64,000 nucleotides of DNA from Acidobacteriota bacterium (GCA_040005235.1 JBDTZG010000027.1:8900-72899); one strand, 5' to 3'; positions 31,506-41,017 are shown, counted from the first letter of the stretch. Notes: generated by a model not told the origin, from the letters alone. Translations and numbers: made by a program.

Positions 31506-32546
31506 TTGCGCATTCTGATCGTCAAGACGAGCGCGCTCGGCGATGTCGTCCACGCCCTGCCTGTCCTCGGCGCGCTTCGCCGGCACTTTAGCGCGGCACG
31601 GATCGCCTGGGTCGTCGAAGAGTGGATCGCGCCGCTGCTCGCCGGGCATCCTGACCTCGACGAGGTGATTCCGGTCCGGCTCGGCGCCTGGCGAAAGCGT
31701 CCCTTCTCCGGAGCGACGCTGCGTGAGATTGCGGCGCTTCGCCGTCGCGTCGCCCTGTTCGCCCCGGAGATCGCGCTCGATCTGATGGGCAACCACAAGG
31801 CGGGGTTGCTTTCGGCGCTTTCTTTTGCCGATCGGCGCCTAGGGCCGGCGCGGCGGTTCCGCCGTGAACCTTCGAGCGCGATCTGGATCAACGAGGGGGT
31901 GGATCTGCCCGAAGGGCAAGGCGGTCACGCGGTGGATCGTATGCTCGCCGTGCTCGGCGGGCTGGGGTTGCGGCAAGAGCCCGCGGCGTTTCAGCCGGAA
32001 AAGATCCTCTCAGGATCGGACGCCGAAATCCTCGGCGGTATCGAGCCACCGCCGAGATTCGCCCTGCTCCACCCCGGCGCCGGCTGGGGCAACAAGAAAT
32101 ATCCCGCGGCGCGCTGGGGCAGGGCGCTGGCCGCCCTCGCCATCGAGTCCGGTCTGCAGGGTCTCGTCGCGTCAGGTCCCGGCGACCGATCGCTGGCCGA
32201 CGAGATCGTCGCGGCGAGCGGCGGTGCGGCACGTTCGGTCTCCGCGGAGATCCCCGCTTTTGCGGCGCTCGCCCGGCGGGCGGAGATCGTCCTCGGCGGC
32301 GATTCCGGACCGACCCACCTCGCCCACGCGCTGGGCCGGCCGGTGCTGATGGTGATGGGACCGACCGATCCGGTGCTTCATGGGCCTTATGGTGCCCCAC
32401 AGCTCGCGCTCGCGAAAAGGCTGCCGTGCAGCTTCTGCCATCGCCGGTTCGCCGAGGCGAAGGCCTGCCTCTTGGAGATCGCCCCACGCGAGGTTGCGGC
32501 GCGCGCCGTAGAGATCCTCCGATCTAACGGTTTCTCAAGCAGTTAG
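31506..32546 (+). CDS. waaC: LPS heptosyltransferase I-like (GT9)
   Basis: RILIVKTSALGDVVH, WVVEE, HPGAGWGNK, GGDSGPTHLAHALG. Confidence 0.8.
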   Translation: MRILIVKTSALGDVVHALPVLGALRRHFSAARIAWVVEEWIAPLLAGHPDLDEVIPVRLGAWRKRPFSGATLREIAALRRRVALFAPEIALDLMGNHKAGLLSALSFADRRLGPARRFRREPSSAIWINEGVDLPEGQGGHAVDRMLAVLGGLGLRQEPAAFQPEKILSGSDAEILGGIEPPPRFALLHPGAGWGNKKYPAARWGRALAALAIESGLQGLVASGPGDRSLADEIVAASGGAARSVSAEIPAFAALARRAEIVLGGDSGPTHLAHALGRPVLMVMGPTDPVLHGPYGAPQLALAKRLPCSFCHRRFAEAKACLLEIAPREVAARAVEILRSNGFSSS

Positions 32547-32559
32547 GCCGCTCCCGGAA

Positions 32560-32589
32560 TTGACCCTCGATTCGAGCGGCTGTTATGCT
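32560..32589 (+). promoter_or_regulatory. Putative sigma70 promoter for pilB
   Basis: TTGACC, 18 nt, extended TGtTATGCT. Confidence 0.5.
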
Positions 32590-32656
32590 CGATCTCGAAT
32601 ACAACGCTTTCTGTCAGTCTTAAGCGCGCCTGCTCCGACTCCCCCGAGGACTTGAC

Positions 32657-34453
32657 ATGGCTTTCGGCAAGACCCCTGCACCTCCCGAGCCCCGCATCCG
32701 GCCGTCCGGCTCCTCGGCCCAATCGACGAACGCCGCCAACTCCGCGAAATTCGGCGAGATGCTGATCCGTGCGGGCAAGATCAACGAGATGCAGCTCCAG
32801 GAGGCGCTAAACCTACAGAAGGATCAGGGCGGACGGCTGGGCACCAACCTGGTCAAGCTCGGCTATATCAGCGAGAAGGCGCTGGTCGAGGCGCTGTCGC
32901 AACATTTCGGCGTTCCCGCGGTCGATTTGAACTCGATGGAAATCGACGAGAACGTGCTCAAGATCATTCCGGCCGACATCGCCCGGAAGTACACGATCCT
33001 GCCGGTCTCCAAAGCGGGGGCGACGGTCACCGTCGCGATGATCGACCCGACGAACGTCTTCGCGATGGACGACGTGAAGTTCATGACCGGCTACAAGGTC
33101 GAGCCGGTGGTCGCCTCGGAAACCAGCATCCGCGGCGCGATCGATCGGGTCTACGGTTCGACCCACGCGATCGAGCTCAAGAAAGTGATGGAGGGGCTTT
33201 CGGAAGAGGCGAGCAGCGACCTCGAAGTGCTCGACGAGGACGAAGACCTCGACCTTGCGACTCTCGAAGAGGAATCAGAGCAGGCGCCGGTCGTCAAATT
33301 GGTCAACATCGTCCTTTCCGATGCGATCAAGCGCGGCGCCTCCGACATTCACATCGAACCGTACGAAAAAGAGTTCCGCGTCCGCTACCGGATCGACGGC
33401 ATCCTCTACGAGATGATGCACCCGCCGATCAAGCTGAAAGAGGCGATCACCAGCCGCATCAAGATCATGGCGAAGCTCGACATCGCCGAGAAGCGGATGC
33501 CGCAGGACGGCCGCATCAAGATCAAGACCAAAGTCTCCGGCCGGGTGAAGGATCTCGACTTCCGCGTCTCGGTGCTGCCGACCCTGTTCGGCGAGAAGAT
33601 CGTCATGCGGCTGCTCGACAAAGACAAGTTGATGCTCGACATGAGCAAGCTTGGCTTCGAGGGCGACGCTCTGCGCCGCTTCGAAAACGCGATCTTGAAG
33701 CCGTACGGCATGGTGCTGGTCACCGGGCCGACCGGTTCGGGAAAGACCAACACGCTCTATTCGGCGCTGTCGCGAATCAATACCCCGGAGGTGAACATCC
33801 TCACCGCCGAAGACCCGGTCGAGTTCAACCTGCCGGGGATCAACCAGGTCCAGATGCGCGAACAGATCGGCCTCAACTTCGCGGCCACGCTCCGCTCGTT
33901 CTTGCGCCAGGATCCGAACATCATCCTGGTCGGCGAGATCCGTGACTTCGAGACCGCCGAGGTGGCGATCAAAGCCGCGATGACCGGCCACCTCGTGCTC
34001 TCGACCCTGCACACGAACGACGCGCCGTCCTCCGTGCACCGTCTGATGAACATGGGGATCGAACCGTTCCTGGTCGCCACTTCGGTCCACATGATCGTGG
34101 CGCAGCGGCTGGTCCGGCGGACCTGCACGTTTTGCAAGGAGCCGGCCGACGTGCCAGCGACCGCCCTCTTGAACGCCGGCTTCTCGGAAGCCGAATCGCG
34201 CACGCTCAAGCTGTTCAAGGGACGGGGCTGCGAGCGCTGCAGCGCCACCGGCTACAAAGGCCGGATCGGCCTCTACGAAGTGCTGGAAGTGGATGACGAC
34301 ATCCGCGAGCTGATCCTCTCCGGCGCCAGCTCCTACGAGCTGCGGGCCAAGGCGATTCAGCGCGGCATGCAGACCCTGCGCGACAGCGGCATGCAGAAGG
34401 TCCGCGACGGCATGACGACGGTCGAGGAAGTCCTGCGCGAAACGGTTTCGTAG
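32657..34453 (+). CDS. pilB: Type IV pilus assembly ATPase PilB
   Basis: MshEN-like N-terminus, ASDIHIEP, GPTGSGKT, EDPVE, LRQDPNIILVGEIRD, tetra-Cys CxxC...CxxC. Confidence 0.95.
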   Translation: MAFGKTPAPPEPRIRPSGSSAQSTNAANSAKFGEMLIRAGKINEMQLQEALNLQKDQGGRLGTNLVKLGYISEKALVEALSQHFGVPAVDLNSMEIDENVLKIIPADIARKYTILPVSKAGATVTVAMIDPTNVFAMDDVKFMTGYKVEPVVASETSIRGAIDRVYGSTHAIELKKVMEGLSEEASSDLEVLDEDEDLDLATLEEESEQAPVVKLVNIVLSDAIKRGASDIHIEPYEKEFRVRYRIDGILYEMMHPPIKLKEAITSRIKIMAKLDIAEKRMPQDGRIKIKTKVSGRVKDLDFRVSVLPTLFGEKIVMRLLDKDKLMLDMSKLGFEGDALRRFENAILKPYGMVLVTGPTGSGKTNTLYSALSRINTPEVNILTAEDPVEFNLPGINQVQMREQIGLNFAATLRSFLRQDPNIILVGEIRDFETAEVAIKAAMTGHLVLSTLHTNDAPSSVHRLMNMGIEPFLVATSVHMIVAQRLVRRTCTFCKEPADVPATALLNAGFSEAESRTLKLFKGRGCERCSATGYKGRIGLYEVLEVDDDIRELILSGASSYELRAKAIQRGMQTLRDSGMQKVRDGMTTVEEVLRETVS

Positions 34454-34485
34454 ATCCACGCGACCCTTCGGGCCGCAACAACAAT

Positions 34486-35049
34486 TCAGGCCCGGCTGTC
34501 CCACAGGACGTCGGCGATGCCGCGCCGGTGGTTTTCGGCCCGGGCGATGACGAACAGGGCGTCCGACAGGCGGTTCAGGTAGCGGATCGTCCAAGGGCCG
34601 ATCTGTTCCAGTCGCCCGAGAGCGACCAGCTCTCGTTCGGCGCGACGACAGACGGTGCGCGCGACGTGAAGCTGCGCGGTTCCGAGCGCGCCGCCGGGCA
34701 GGATGAAGTTCTGGAGCGGCCCCACCTCTTCGCTCAACCGGTCGATCAACGATTCGAGCGCGAGAACGTGGCGTTCCTCGATCGTCGGGACGGGAAACCG
34801 CGCCTTGTCCTCTTCGAGAATGCACAGGTCGGAACCGAGATGGAATAGCTCGTTCTGAACCCGTAGAAGCTGGCCGCAAAGCTCCTCGTCCAGACCGCAG
34901 GCGATGGCGACGCCGATCTGAGAGCTCAGCTCGTCCACCGTGCCATAAGCCCCGATGCGAGGCGAATCCTTCTCCACTCTCTGGCCGCCACCGAGCGCCG
35001 TCGTTCCATCGTCGCCGGTGCGGGTGTAGACCTTCGTGATGCGTGGCAT
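34486..35049 (-). CDS. pduO: Cob(I)alamin adenosyltransferase, PduO type
   Basis: [45 protein letters not shown]. Confidence 0.93.
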   Translation of the reverse strand: MPRITKVYTRTGDDGTTALGGGQRVEKDSPRIGAYGTVDELSSQIGVAIACGLDEELCGQLLRVQNELFHLGSDLCILEEDKARFPVPTIEERHVLALESLIDRLSEEVGPLQNFILPGGALGTAQLHVARTVCRRAERELVALGRLEQIGPWTIRYLNRLSDALFVIARAENHRRGIADVLWDSRA

Positions 35050-35224
35050 GGCTGGCTTTTCCGAGATTTAAGGGGAGAACGGCGCTACTGAAGGAAAGCA
35101 TTCGCCTGTCGACGAAGCGATCGAGCTTCGCAACAACGGCTCACCCCTCCCGGCTCTCGACGGCGACCGGCTCGATCGACTGCTACGATTTCGATCGACA
35201 CCGGCCCTTGATCGAAACTGCGGT

Positions 35225-35434
35225 TTACTTGGCGGCCCGGGCGGCGGCACGGGCAGCGCGACGCGCCTGTTCTCGGCGCTCGGCGACGTTCATGGGCGAT
35301 TTGTCCGCTCGTCCCTGGCCGGAGAGCTTGCGGATGACATCGGCAAAATCAACCGGCTCGGGCGCCGGCTTGGCAGACTTGGGCTTCACGGGCACAGTGG
35401 GGCGCTTGGCCACCGCTTTCGCTGGTTTCGGCAT
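35225..35434 (-). CDS. Small basic Lys/Ala/Pro-rich hypothetical protein (69 aa)
   Basis: MPKPAKAVAKRP...RREQARRAARAAARAAK; GC-typical codon pattern; co-oriented with pduO. Confidence 0.55.
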   Translation of the reverse strand: MPKPAKAVAKRPTVPVKPKSAKPAPEPVDFADVIRKLSGQGRADKSPMNVAERREQARRAARAAARAAK

Positions 35435-35616
35435 GGCGTAAGCATGCCACAGCCAAGCCCCGAGAGGAAGATCCAATTTTCGTCCGCCTGATACTAGAAA
35501 TTGCATGATTTCAATGACTTCGCGGTCCATCGAGGATTTGAAACGGCTTCCTGAATCTCCCCAGCGAGCGTTCGTCGACACGCTGTGAAAGCCTGAGCGG
35601 CGATAGACTACCGCTC

Positions 35617-36012
35617 GTGAGCGTCCGCCTCGACAAGTGGTTGCAGGTCGCCCGAATGTTCAAAACCCGCACCCAGGCGACCCACGCCTGCGAGCTGGGC
35701 CGCGTTCAGGTGAACGGACAAAATGCCAAGGCCCACCGGCATTTATCCCTGGGTGACAAAGTGGAGCTGTCCCAGGGAGATTGGCTGCGAATCTTGATCG
35801 TCCTTGAGCTGGTGGACCGTCCGGTGCCGAAAGCGGCGGCCGCTACAGTGTTCGAAGATCTGAGCCCGCCCCGCCCGGAGTTGGAAGTCGACCCGATCCG
35901 CCGCCTGCAACGCCGGCCCCCGGCTCTTCGCGAGGCCGGCGCGGGCCGGCCAACGAAGAGGGATCGCCGGGATATCGAGCGCTGGGAGGGAGGCGAGGGT
36001 GAGCCGGAGTAA
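35617..36012 (+). CDS. hslR: S4-domain ribosome-associated heat shock protein Hsp15
   Basis: VRLDKWLQVARMFKTR...GRVQVNG; GRPTKRDRR. Confidence 0.88.
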   Translation: MSVRLDKWLQVARMFKTRTQATHACELGRVQVNGQNAKAHRHLSLGDKVELSQGDWLRILIVLELVDRPVPKAAAATVFEDLSPPRPELEVDPIRRLQRRPPALREAGAGRPTKRDRRDIERWEGGEGEPE

Positions 36013-36051
36013 GGCTGTTAAAGTTTTGTCACGAACCTATCTGGCTTTCGA

Positions 36052-36080
36052 TTGACCAAAGGTGGACGAGGGTCTACGAT
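36052..36080 (+). promoter_or_regulatory. carH promoter with TnnAC repeats
   Basis: TTGACC, 17 nt, TACGAT; TTGAC/TGGAC/TCTAC at 36052, 36063, 36073. Confidence 0.55.
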
Positions 36081-36088
36081 CCACCGCT

Positions 36089-37051
36089 ATGGCGGACATC
36101 CCATTCGACCTGGCCCGGCACCCCATCGGCGTGGTGGTCCGCAGGACCGGACTCAAACCGGACCTGATCCGCGCCTGGGAACGGCGCTACGCGGCGGTCG
36201 AGCCTTCGCGCTCCGCGACCGGGCGCCGCCTCTACTCCGACCTCGACATCGAGCGGCTGGTCCTTTTGCGTCAGGCGGTTCAGGCAGGTCGCGGGATCAG
36301 TCACGCCGCGGCTCTCGACAAAGAGCAGCTGCGCACTTTGATTCGAGAGGATCGACCGAACCCGGGTCCCGCCCGCCTTCCCCCCGCCGACCTCTGGAAC
36401 GGCCAGGTCACGGCGGAGGCGGTCCTCGCCTCATGCATTTCCGCGGTCGAGCGCCTGGACGTGATCGAGCTGGAGTTGCAGCTCGAAAGGGCGGCGGTGG
36501 CGCTCTCCCAGATCCACATGATCGAGAGGGTGCTGGTGCCCATGATGCACTCGATCGGCGACCTCTGGCAGCAGGGCACCTTGCGCCCCTCCCACGAGCA
36601 CATGGCCTCCGCGGTGATCCGCTCGTTCTTGGGCGAGATGCGCAGCGCCTACCAGCCGCCGAGCCAGGCGCCGCATCTGATCGTCACCACCCCGGCCCGC
36701 CAGCACCACGAGCTGGGGGCGTTGATCGCCGCGGCGACCGCCGCCACCGAAGGGTGGAGCATCGTTTACCTCGGCCCCGACCTGCCGCCGGAGGACATCG
36801 CAGCTGCCGCCCACCAGCGGGGGGCGAAGGCGGTAGCTTTGAGCATCACGTTTCCGCCCGACGACTCTCGCCTCGCCGACGATCTGCGCCGCTTGCGGCG
36901 CATGCTGGACCCGCGAATCCAGGTGGTCGTAGGAGGGCGCTCGGCGGGACACTATGAGCCCGTGCTCAAGGAGATCGGTGCCCATTCCGTGGCCGATCTG
37001 ACGGAGTTCCGGCGCGCCTTGGCCAAGCTGCGCGTTCCGTCCTCTGTCTGA
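36089..37051 (+). CDS. carH: MerR-family B12-dependent photoreceptor repressor (CarH/LitR)
   Basis: MerR HTH IRAWERRY...GRRLYS; W-x9-EH (WQQGTLRPSHEH), HHELG B12-binding His, YLGPDLP. Confidence 0.88.
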   Translation: MADIPFDLARHPIGVVVRRTGLKPDLIRAWERRYAAVEPSRSATGRRLYSDLDIERLVLLRQAVQAGRGISHAAALDKEQLRTLIREDRPNPGPARLPPADLWNGQVTAEAVLASCISAVERLDVIELELQLERAAVALSQIHMIERVLVPMMHSIGDLWQQGTLRPSHEHMASAVIRSFLGEMRSAYQPPSQAPHLIVTTPARQHHELGALIAAATAATEGWSIVYLGPDLPPEDIAAAAHQRGAKAVALSITFPPDDSRLADDLRRLRRMLDPRIQVVVGGRSAGHYEPVLKEIGAHSVADLTEFRRALAKLRVPSSV

Positions 37052-37058
37052 GCATTCC

Positions 37059-37113
37059 CAGACAAGATCTGGACAGAAACATTGACACGCCGTTGACGAG
37101 AATCTAGACTGAC
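37059..37113 (+). promoter_or_regulatory. Near-consensus sigma70 promoter overlapped by CarH-type 11-12 bp direct repeats
   Basis: TTGACA (37082-87), 17 nt, TAGACT (37105-10); GAC cores at 37061, 37072, 37084, 37095, 37107. Confidence 0.7.
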
Positions 37114-37152
37114 TTCCGTGGAGCCTAGGTTCTCTGCTTCGGAGGAATGATC

Positions 37153-37434
37153 ATGGAACGGTCAGCCGTCGGTTTTCTCCGCGTCGCATCGGCGCCGCGC
37201 ATGATGGAACGCCTACAGCAGGGGGACGACGGAAGCGGGCCTCGGCTGATCAATCGCCGACGCCCCGACTTCCTTCCCGACTTCATGGAAGTGGAAAGGC
37301 TGCACGCTCTCGGCAGCCACGGGTCGGATCGGACCGCACGCGTGGCCGCCCGAATCCTGGCTCTTGCGGCGCTTACTCGCCGAGAAACTCGCCAATCGAC
37401 GCCAGCGGCGCAATCCGATCGCAAAGGATCTTGA
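37153..37434 (+). CDS. Hypothetical protein behind the CarH-type operator
   Basis: SD GGAGGA at 37141-46, ATG 37153; 3' end overlaps the convergent AI-2E gene. Confidence 0.5.
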   Translation: MERSAVGFLRVASAPRMMERLQQGDDGSGPRLINRRRPDFLPDFMEVERLHALGSHGSDRTARVAARILALAALTRRETRQSTPAAQSDRKGS

Positions 37435-38482
37435 GGACGGCGGTGATCGGCACGGCGAGAATGGCTCCCGCGACACCCCACAGCCAGGTCCAGAACGTCA
37501 AGCTGAGGAAAATGACCACCGGATTAAGGGTCAGGCGGCGTCCCAGGACCAGCGGCGACACGATGTAGGCCTCGGTCACGTTGAGCACGAGGAACGCCCC
37601 GATCGGCAGCAGCGCCTGCGCCAAAGGCTCGAAGGTCAAGAAACCGAGCAGGCCGAACAAGACGTAACAGACGCCGGCCCCCAGGTAGGGAATGTAGTTG
37701 GCGATCGCGACGACGACTCCCCAGAGCACCGGGTTCGGCAATCCGATCCACCACATGGCAAGGCCCGTGCTCGCGCCCAACCCGACATTGATGAACGTGA
37801 CCGTCATCAGATAGCGCGAGACCTCGCCTTGGAGGGCTCGGACGATCTCCGCTCCTTGGCGCTTGCTGGCCATGGTGGGCAACACCCGGATCAGCTTGCG
37901 CAGGAACAGATCGCCCGAGGCGAGCAGAAAGAAGACCAGGATGAACATGACGAGTGCGCCCGCGGCGATCTCGGTGGCCTGGTTGGCCAGGCGGATGCCA
38001 AGCGATGGCTGGTTCACCGTCACGTTTTGACTGGTCGCCGATCCGACCTGGGTGATCTTCTCGACCTGCTCGGTCGCCTTGCCCAGCGTTTGGACCGGCT
38101 TTTTCAGGTCGCGGAGGCGCCGCTCGACCCGACGCATGCTCTGCGGCGCTTTTCCCATCCAGTCGTAAGCGGGCTGCGCCAGCTGATAGACGGCAAAACC
38201 GAGGCCGCCGAGCAGAGCGAACAGGACGATTCCGGCACCCAAGGGAGCGGGAATGCGCAAGCGCCGCTTGAGAAACCGGACCACCGGTTCGAGCAGAAGG
38301 GTGAGAAGTCCGGCGAGGACCACCGGGAGCAGAAACGACCGCGCGGCGTAGAGCGTGTAGAAGGCGGCGAGCAGAAACAACCCGGTGAGCGGCCCATTGC
38401 GGATGCCCAGGGCGCGGGCGATCGAACCTTGCGGCGCTTCGTCCGGAGATTCGGTTTGAGACTCAAGGGTTTCGGGGGGCAC
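37373..38482 (-). CDS. AI-2E family transporter
   Basis: LLEPVVRFL, NPVLWG, NYIPYLG, LNPVVIFLSLTFWTWLWGVAGAILAVP; start moved to GTG 38482. Confidence 0.9.
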   Translation of the reverse strand: MPPETLESQTESPDEAPQGSIARALGIRNGPLTGLFLLAAFYTLYAARSFLLPVVLAGLLTLLLEPVVRFLKRRLRIPAPLGAGIVLFALLGGLGFAVYQLAQPAYDWMGKAPQSMRRVERRLRDLKKPVQTLGKATEQVEKITQVGSATSQNVTVNQPSLGIRLANQATEIAAGALVMFILVFFLLASGDLFLRKLIRVLPTMASKRQGAEIVRALQGEVSRYLMTVTFINVGLGASTGLAMWWIGLPNPVLWGVVVAIANYIPYLGAGVCYVLFGLLGFLTFEPLAQALLPIGAFLVLNVTEAYIVSPLVLGRRLTLNPVVIFLSLTFWTWLWGVAGAILAVPITAVLKILCDRIAPLASIGEFLGE

Positions 38483-38505
38483 GCAACATCCTTCCGCAAG
38501 AGACT

Positions 38506-39687
38506 CTAGCAGGGTTCTGCGAAAGACCCCCGCTTCCCGCCGGCTTGCGCCAACAAGGCGACGGTCTCGGTGAAATTTCCGACCACTTCGCAGCATTCAT
38601 CGAACAACCAAGTAGAAACGCCCGCGGCCTCGCGAGCCCGGATCGCCACGGACCTTTCGGGCAACGGCAGGCGGAGCTGCGCCGGGCGTTCGGACGGTTC
38701 TCGGTCGGCTTTGGTGTCGAGCACTCCGGCCTGCCATCCCCGTTCACCGAGGAACCGGGCGAGCGCCGCCGAATAGCCATGGGTCGCGAGAACGCGTTCG
38801 GCACCGCTCTCTTCGATCGTCTTCAGCAGATCCCCCCAGCCGGCGTGATCGGAAACGACGAAGCCTCGGTCGAAGCTCGAACGGCGCACCCGGTCGGGCA
38901 GGAGCATCCAGCCCGAGGCGAATGCGGTCTTCGCGCGACCGAACCGGCGCATCCAAAGCGAGCCGAAAGCCGCGGGCGGAGCGACGATCAGATCGCCCGC
39001 GAACGAGCCGCGGCTTTGCGGATCGATCCGCCGCGTGGCCGGCAGAACGACGCCCGCGCGGAGGTAGATCTCGTTGATCGCCTCGATCGCTCCATGGGTC
39101 CGAATCGTTCGTCCCGCGACGTGCGGCAGCAGCTCGGCGAGCAGCCGCTGCGCTTTGCCGAGCGAATAGGCGCAGAGCACCGAAGCGCGCCCCGCCGCCG
39201 TATTTTCCCGCCACCAATCGGCGATCTCGGCAGCCACCGTCGAGGTCTCCTCCCAGCGGTAGATGGGCAGAGCGAAGGTCGCCTCGGTGATGAAGGTATG
39301 GCAGCGGACCGGCTCGAACGGCGCACAGGTAGGGTCGGCCTGGCGCTTGTAGTCGCCTGATACGACCCAAACCTCGCCGCGGTGCTCGATCCGCACCTGC
39401 GCCGAGCCGAGCACGTGCCCGGCGGGATGAAACGACACGTCCACCTCGCCGATCCGCCGCTTCTCTCCGTACGGCATCGCTTCGATTCGCGCCTTCGGCA
39501 GGCGGTGCTCCAAGACGCCAAGCCCGGGGGAGGCGGCCAAGTACCCCGCCGATCCCGAACGGGCATGGTCGCCGTGAGCATGGGTGAGCACCGCCCGCTC
39601 GACCGGCCGCCAAGGATCGATCCAGAAACCGCCTTCGGCGCAATAGAGGCCGCGACCGTCGAGCGCCAGGAGCGGAGCGCGGATCAG
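38506..39687 (-). CDS. Ligase-associated DNA damage response exonuclease (MBL fold), probable CTG start, C-terminal ligase-like tail
   Basis: GLYCAEGGFWIDPWRPV, THAHGDHAR, AGHVLGSAQ, SGDYK, ITEATF, YSLGKAQR, SDHAGW, THGY. Confidence 0.88.
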   Translation of the reverse strand: MIRAPLLALDGRGLYCAEGGFWIDPWRPVERAVLTHAHGDHARSGSAGYLAASPGLGVLEHRLPKARIEAMPYGEKRRIGEVDVSFHPAGHVLGSAQVRIEHRGEVWVVSGDYKRQADPTCAPFEPVRCHTFITEATFALPIYRWEETSTVAAEIADWWRENTAAGRASVLCAYSLGKAQRLLAELLPHVAGRTIRTHGAIEAINEIYLRAGVVLPATRRIDPQSRGSFAGDLIVAPPAAFGSLWMRRFGRAKTAFASGWMLLPDRVRRSSFDRGFVVSDHAGWGDLLKTIEESGAERVLATHGYSAALARFLGERGWQAGVLDTKADREPSERPAQLRLPLPERSVAIRAREAAGVSTWLFDECCEVVGNFTETVALLAQAGGKRGSFAEPC

Positions 39688-40784
39688 ATCTCTCCCTCAT
39701 CCTCAAACAGCTCCAGCTGCGTGAGGCCGGCGCCGTGGACCAGGCTCGATAGCGTCACGCCGAGCAGGCGAACCGCGCGGGTCGGCGCGTCGGTGGCATG
39801 GCGCAGCAGGCCGCGCGCCGCGCGCAAGATCGTTCGGGCCTCGCAGGTCGGCCAGGCGAGGGTACGCGATCGGGAAAGGGTGGTGAAATCCGAATAGCGG
39901 ACCTTGAGCGTCACCGTGCAACCCGCGAGGTTCCGTTTCTCCAAAGACGCCGCCACTTCGACCGCCATCCGTTCGAGCTCTTGTTCCATCGGCTCCAGGC
40001 CGCGCAAATCTTCGGCGTAGGTGTTCTCGGTCCCCAGGCTCTTCCTTTCTTGGTGGATTTCGACCGGCCGCTCGTCGACGCCGTGGGCGAACTCCCAGAG
40101 TACCCGGCCGTGCCGGCCGAAGCGGACGACGAGATCCTCGGGCTCGCGAAAGCGGAGGTCCGAGACGGTCGCGATCCCCATCTCGGAAAGCGCCCGCTCG
40201 GTCGCGGGGCCCACGCCATGCAGCCGGCGAACGGGCAGCGGCGCCAGGAATTCGAGCACCTTCCTCGGCGGCACCACGGTCAGGCCATCGGGCTTGTTGA
40301 AGTCGGAGGCGATCTTGGCGATCAGCCGGCTGGGGCCGACACCCACCGAGACCGTGAGACCGCGCTCCTCGCGCACCCGGCGGCGGATCTCTTTGGCAAC
40401 CGCGGTCGCCGTGCCCCAAGAGCCAAGGTGCTCGGTGACGTCCAGGTAGGCCTCGTCGATCGACACCGGTTGGAGGATCGGCGTGATCTCGCGATAGATC
40501 GCAAAAATCTTCTCCGATTCCTTGCGGTAGCGCCGAAAATCGGGCGGCAGAAAGACCGCCTGCGGGCAGAGCCGGACGGCGCGGGAGGACGGCATGGCGG
40601 AGTGAACGCCGAACGCCCGCACCTCATAGGAGGCCGCCGCGACCACCCCACGCGACTCGGGCCGCCCGCCCACGATCACCGGCTTGCCGCGCAACGAAGG
40701 GTCGTCGCGCATGTGAACCGCGGCATAGAAGCAGTCCAGATCGCAATGCAGGATGCGGCGAAAGGCGGTGTCGGATTCGGACAA
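39684..40784 (-). CDS. dinB: DNA polymerase IV
   Basis: ILHCDLDCFYAAV, ASYEVRAFGV, SIDEAYLD, AKIASDFNKPDG, GVG HhH. Confidence 0.95.
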   Translation of the reverse strand: MSESDTAFRRILHCDLDCFYAAVHMRDDPSLRGKPVIVGGRPESRGVVAAASYEVRAFGVHSAMPSSRAVRLCPQAVFLPPDFRRYRKESEKIFAIYREITPILQPVSIDEAYLDVTEHLGSWGTATAVAKEIRRRVREERGLTVSVGVGPSRLIAKIASDFNKPDGLTVVPPRKVLEFLAPLPVRRLHGVGPATERALSEMGIATVSDLRFREPEDLVVRFGRHGRVLWEFAHGVDERPVEIHQERKSLGTENTYAEDLRGLEPMEQELERMAVEVAASLEKRNLAGCTVTLKVRYSDFTTLSRSRTLAWPTCEARTILRAARGLLRHATDAPTRAVRLLGVTLSSLVHGAGLTQLELFEDEGEI

Positions 40785-40891
40785 AGTGGGCCTGGGCGAC
40801 CCGGCATCACACCGGGAACGCCGCCGACTTTACGCCGCGATCACGCCTCAATTCAACCACAGACCCGGACGAGCTTTCCACTAGCGATCGC

Positions 40892-40926
40892 CCGAGCGTT
40901 TGAGGTCGCAAATTGCGACCTCAAAC
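40892..40926. repeat. Palindrome copy 1 (35-bp direct repeat with copy 3)
   Basis: CCGAGC+GTTTGAGGTCGCAA-A-TTGCGACCTCAAAC, perfect 14-bp arms. Confidence 0.95.
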
Positions 40927-41017
40927 ACGGGGCGCGGCGGCATTCTCAAACTCGTTTCCCGGAATCATCGAGAAGTTGACCCCCCTTTTACGTCTTAGCT
41001 GGCAAAGGAGAAAGTAC

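Noticed and set aside
33275-35101. 608-aa minus-strand ORF, and similar long alternative frames over kup, yfhO and the kinase
   Set aside because: They overlap well-supported genes (pilB, pduO and others) and have low-complexity Arg/Gly/Pro-rich translations.
40785-40890. LexA box upstream of dinB
   Set aside because: I could not see a convincing GTTC-N7-GTTC, CTGT-N8-ACAG or GAAC-N4-GTTC site.
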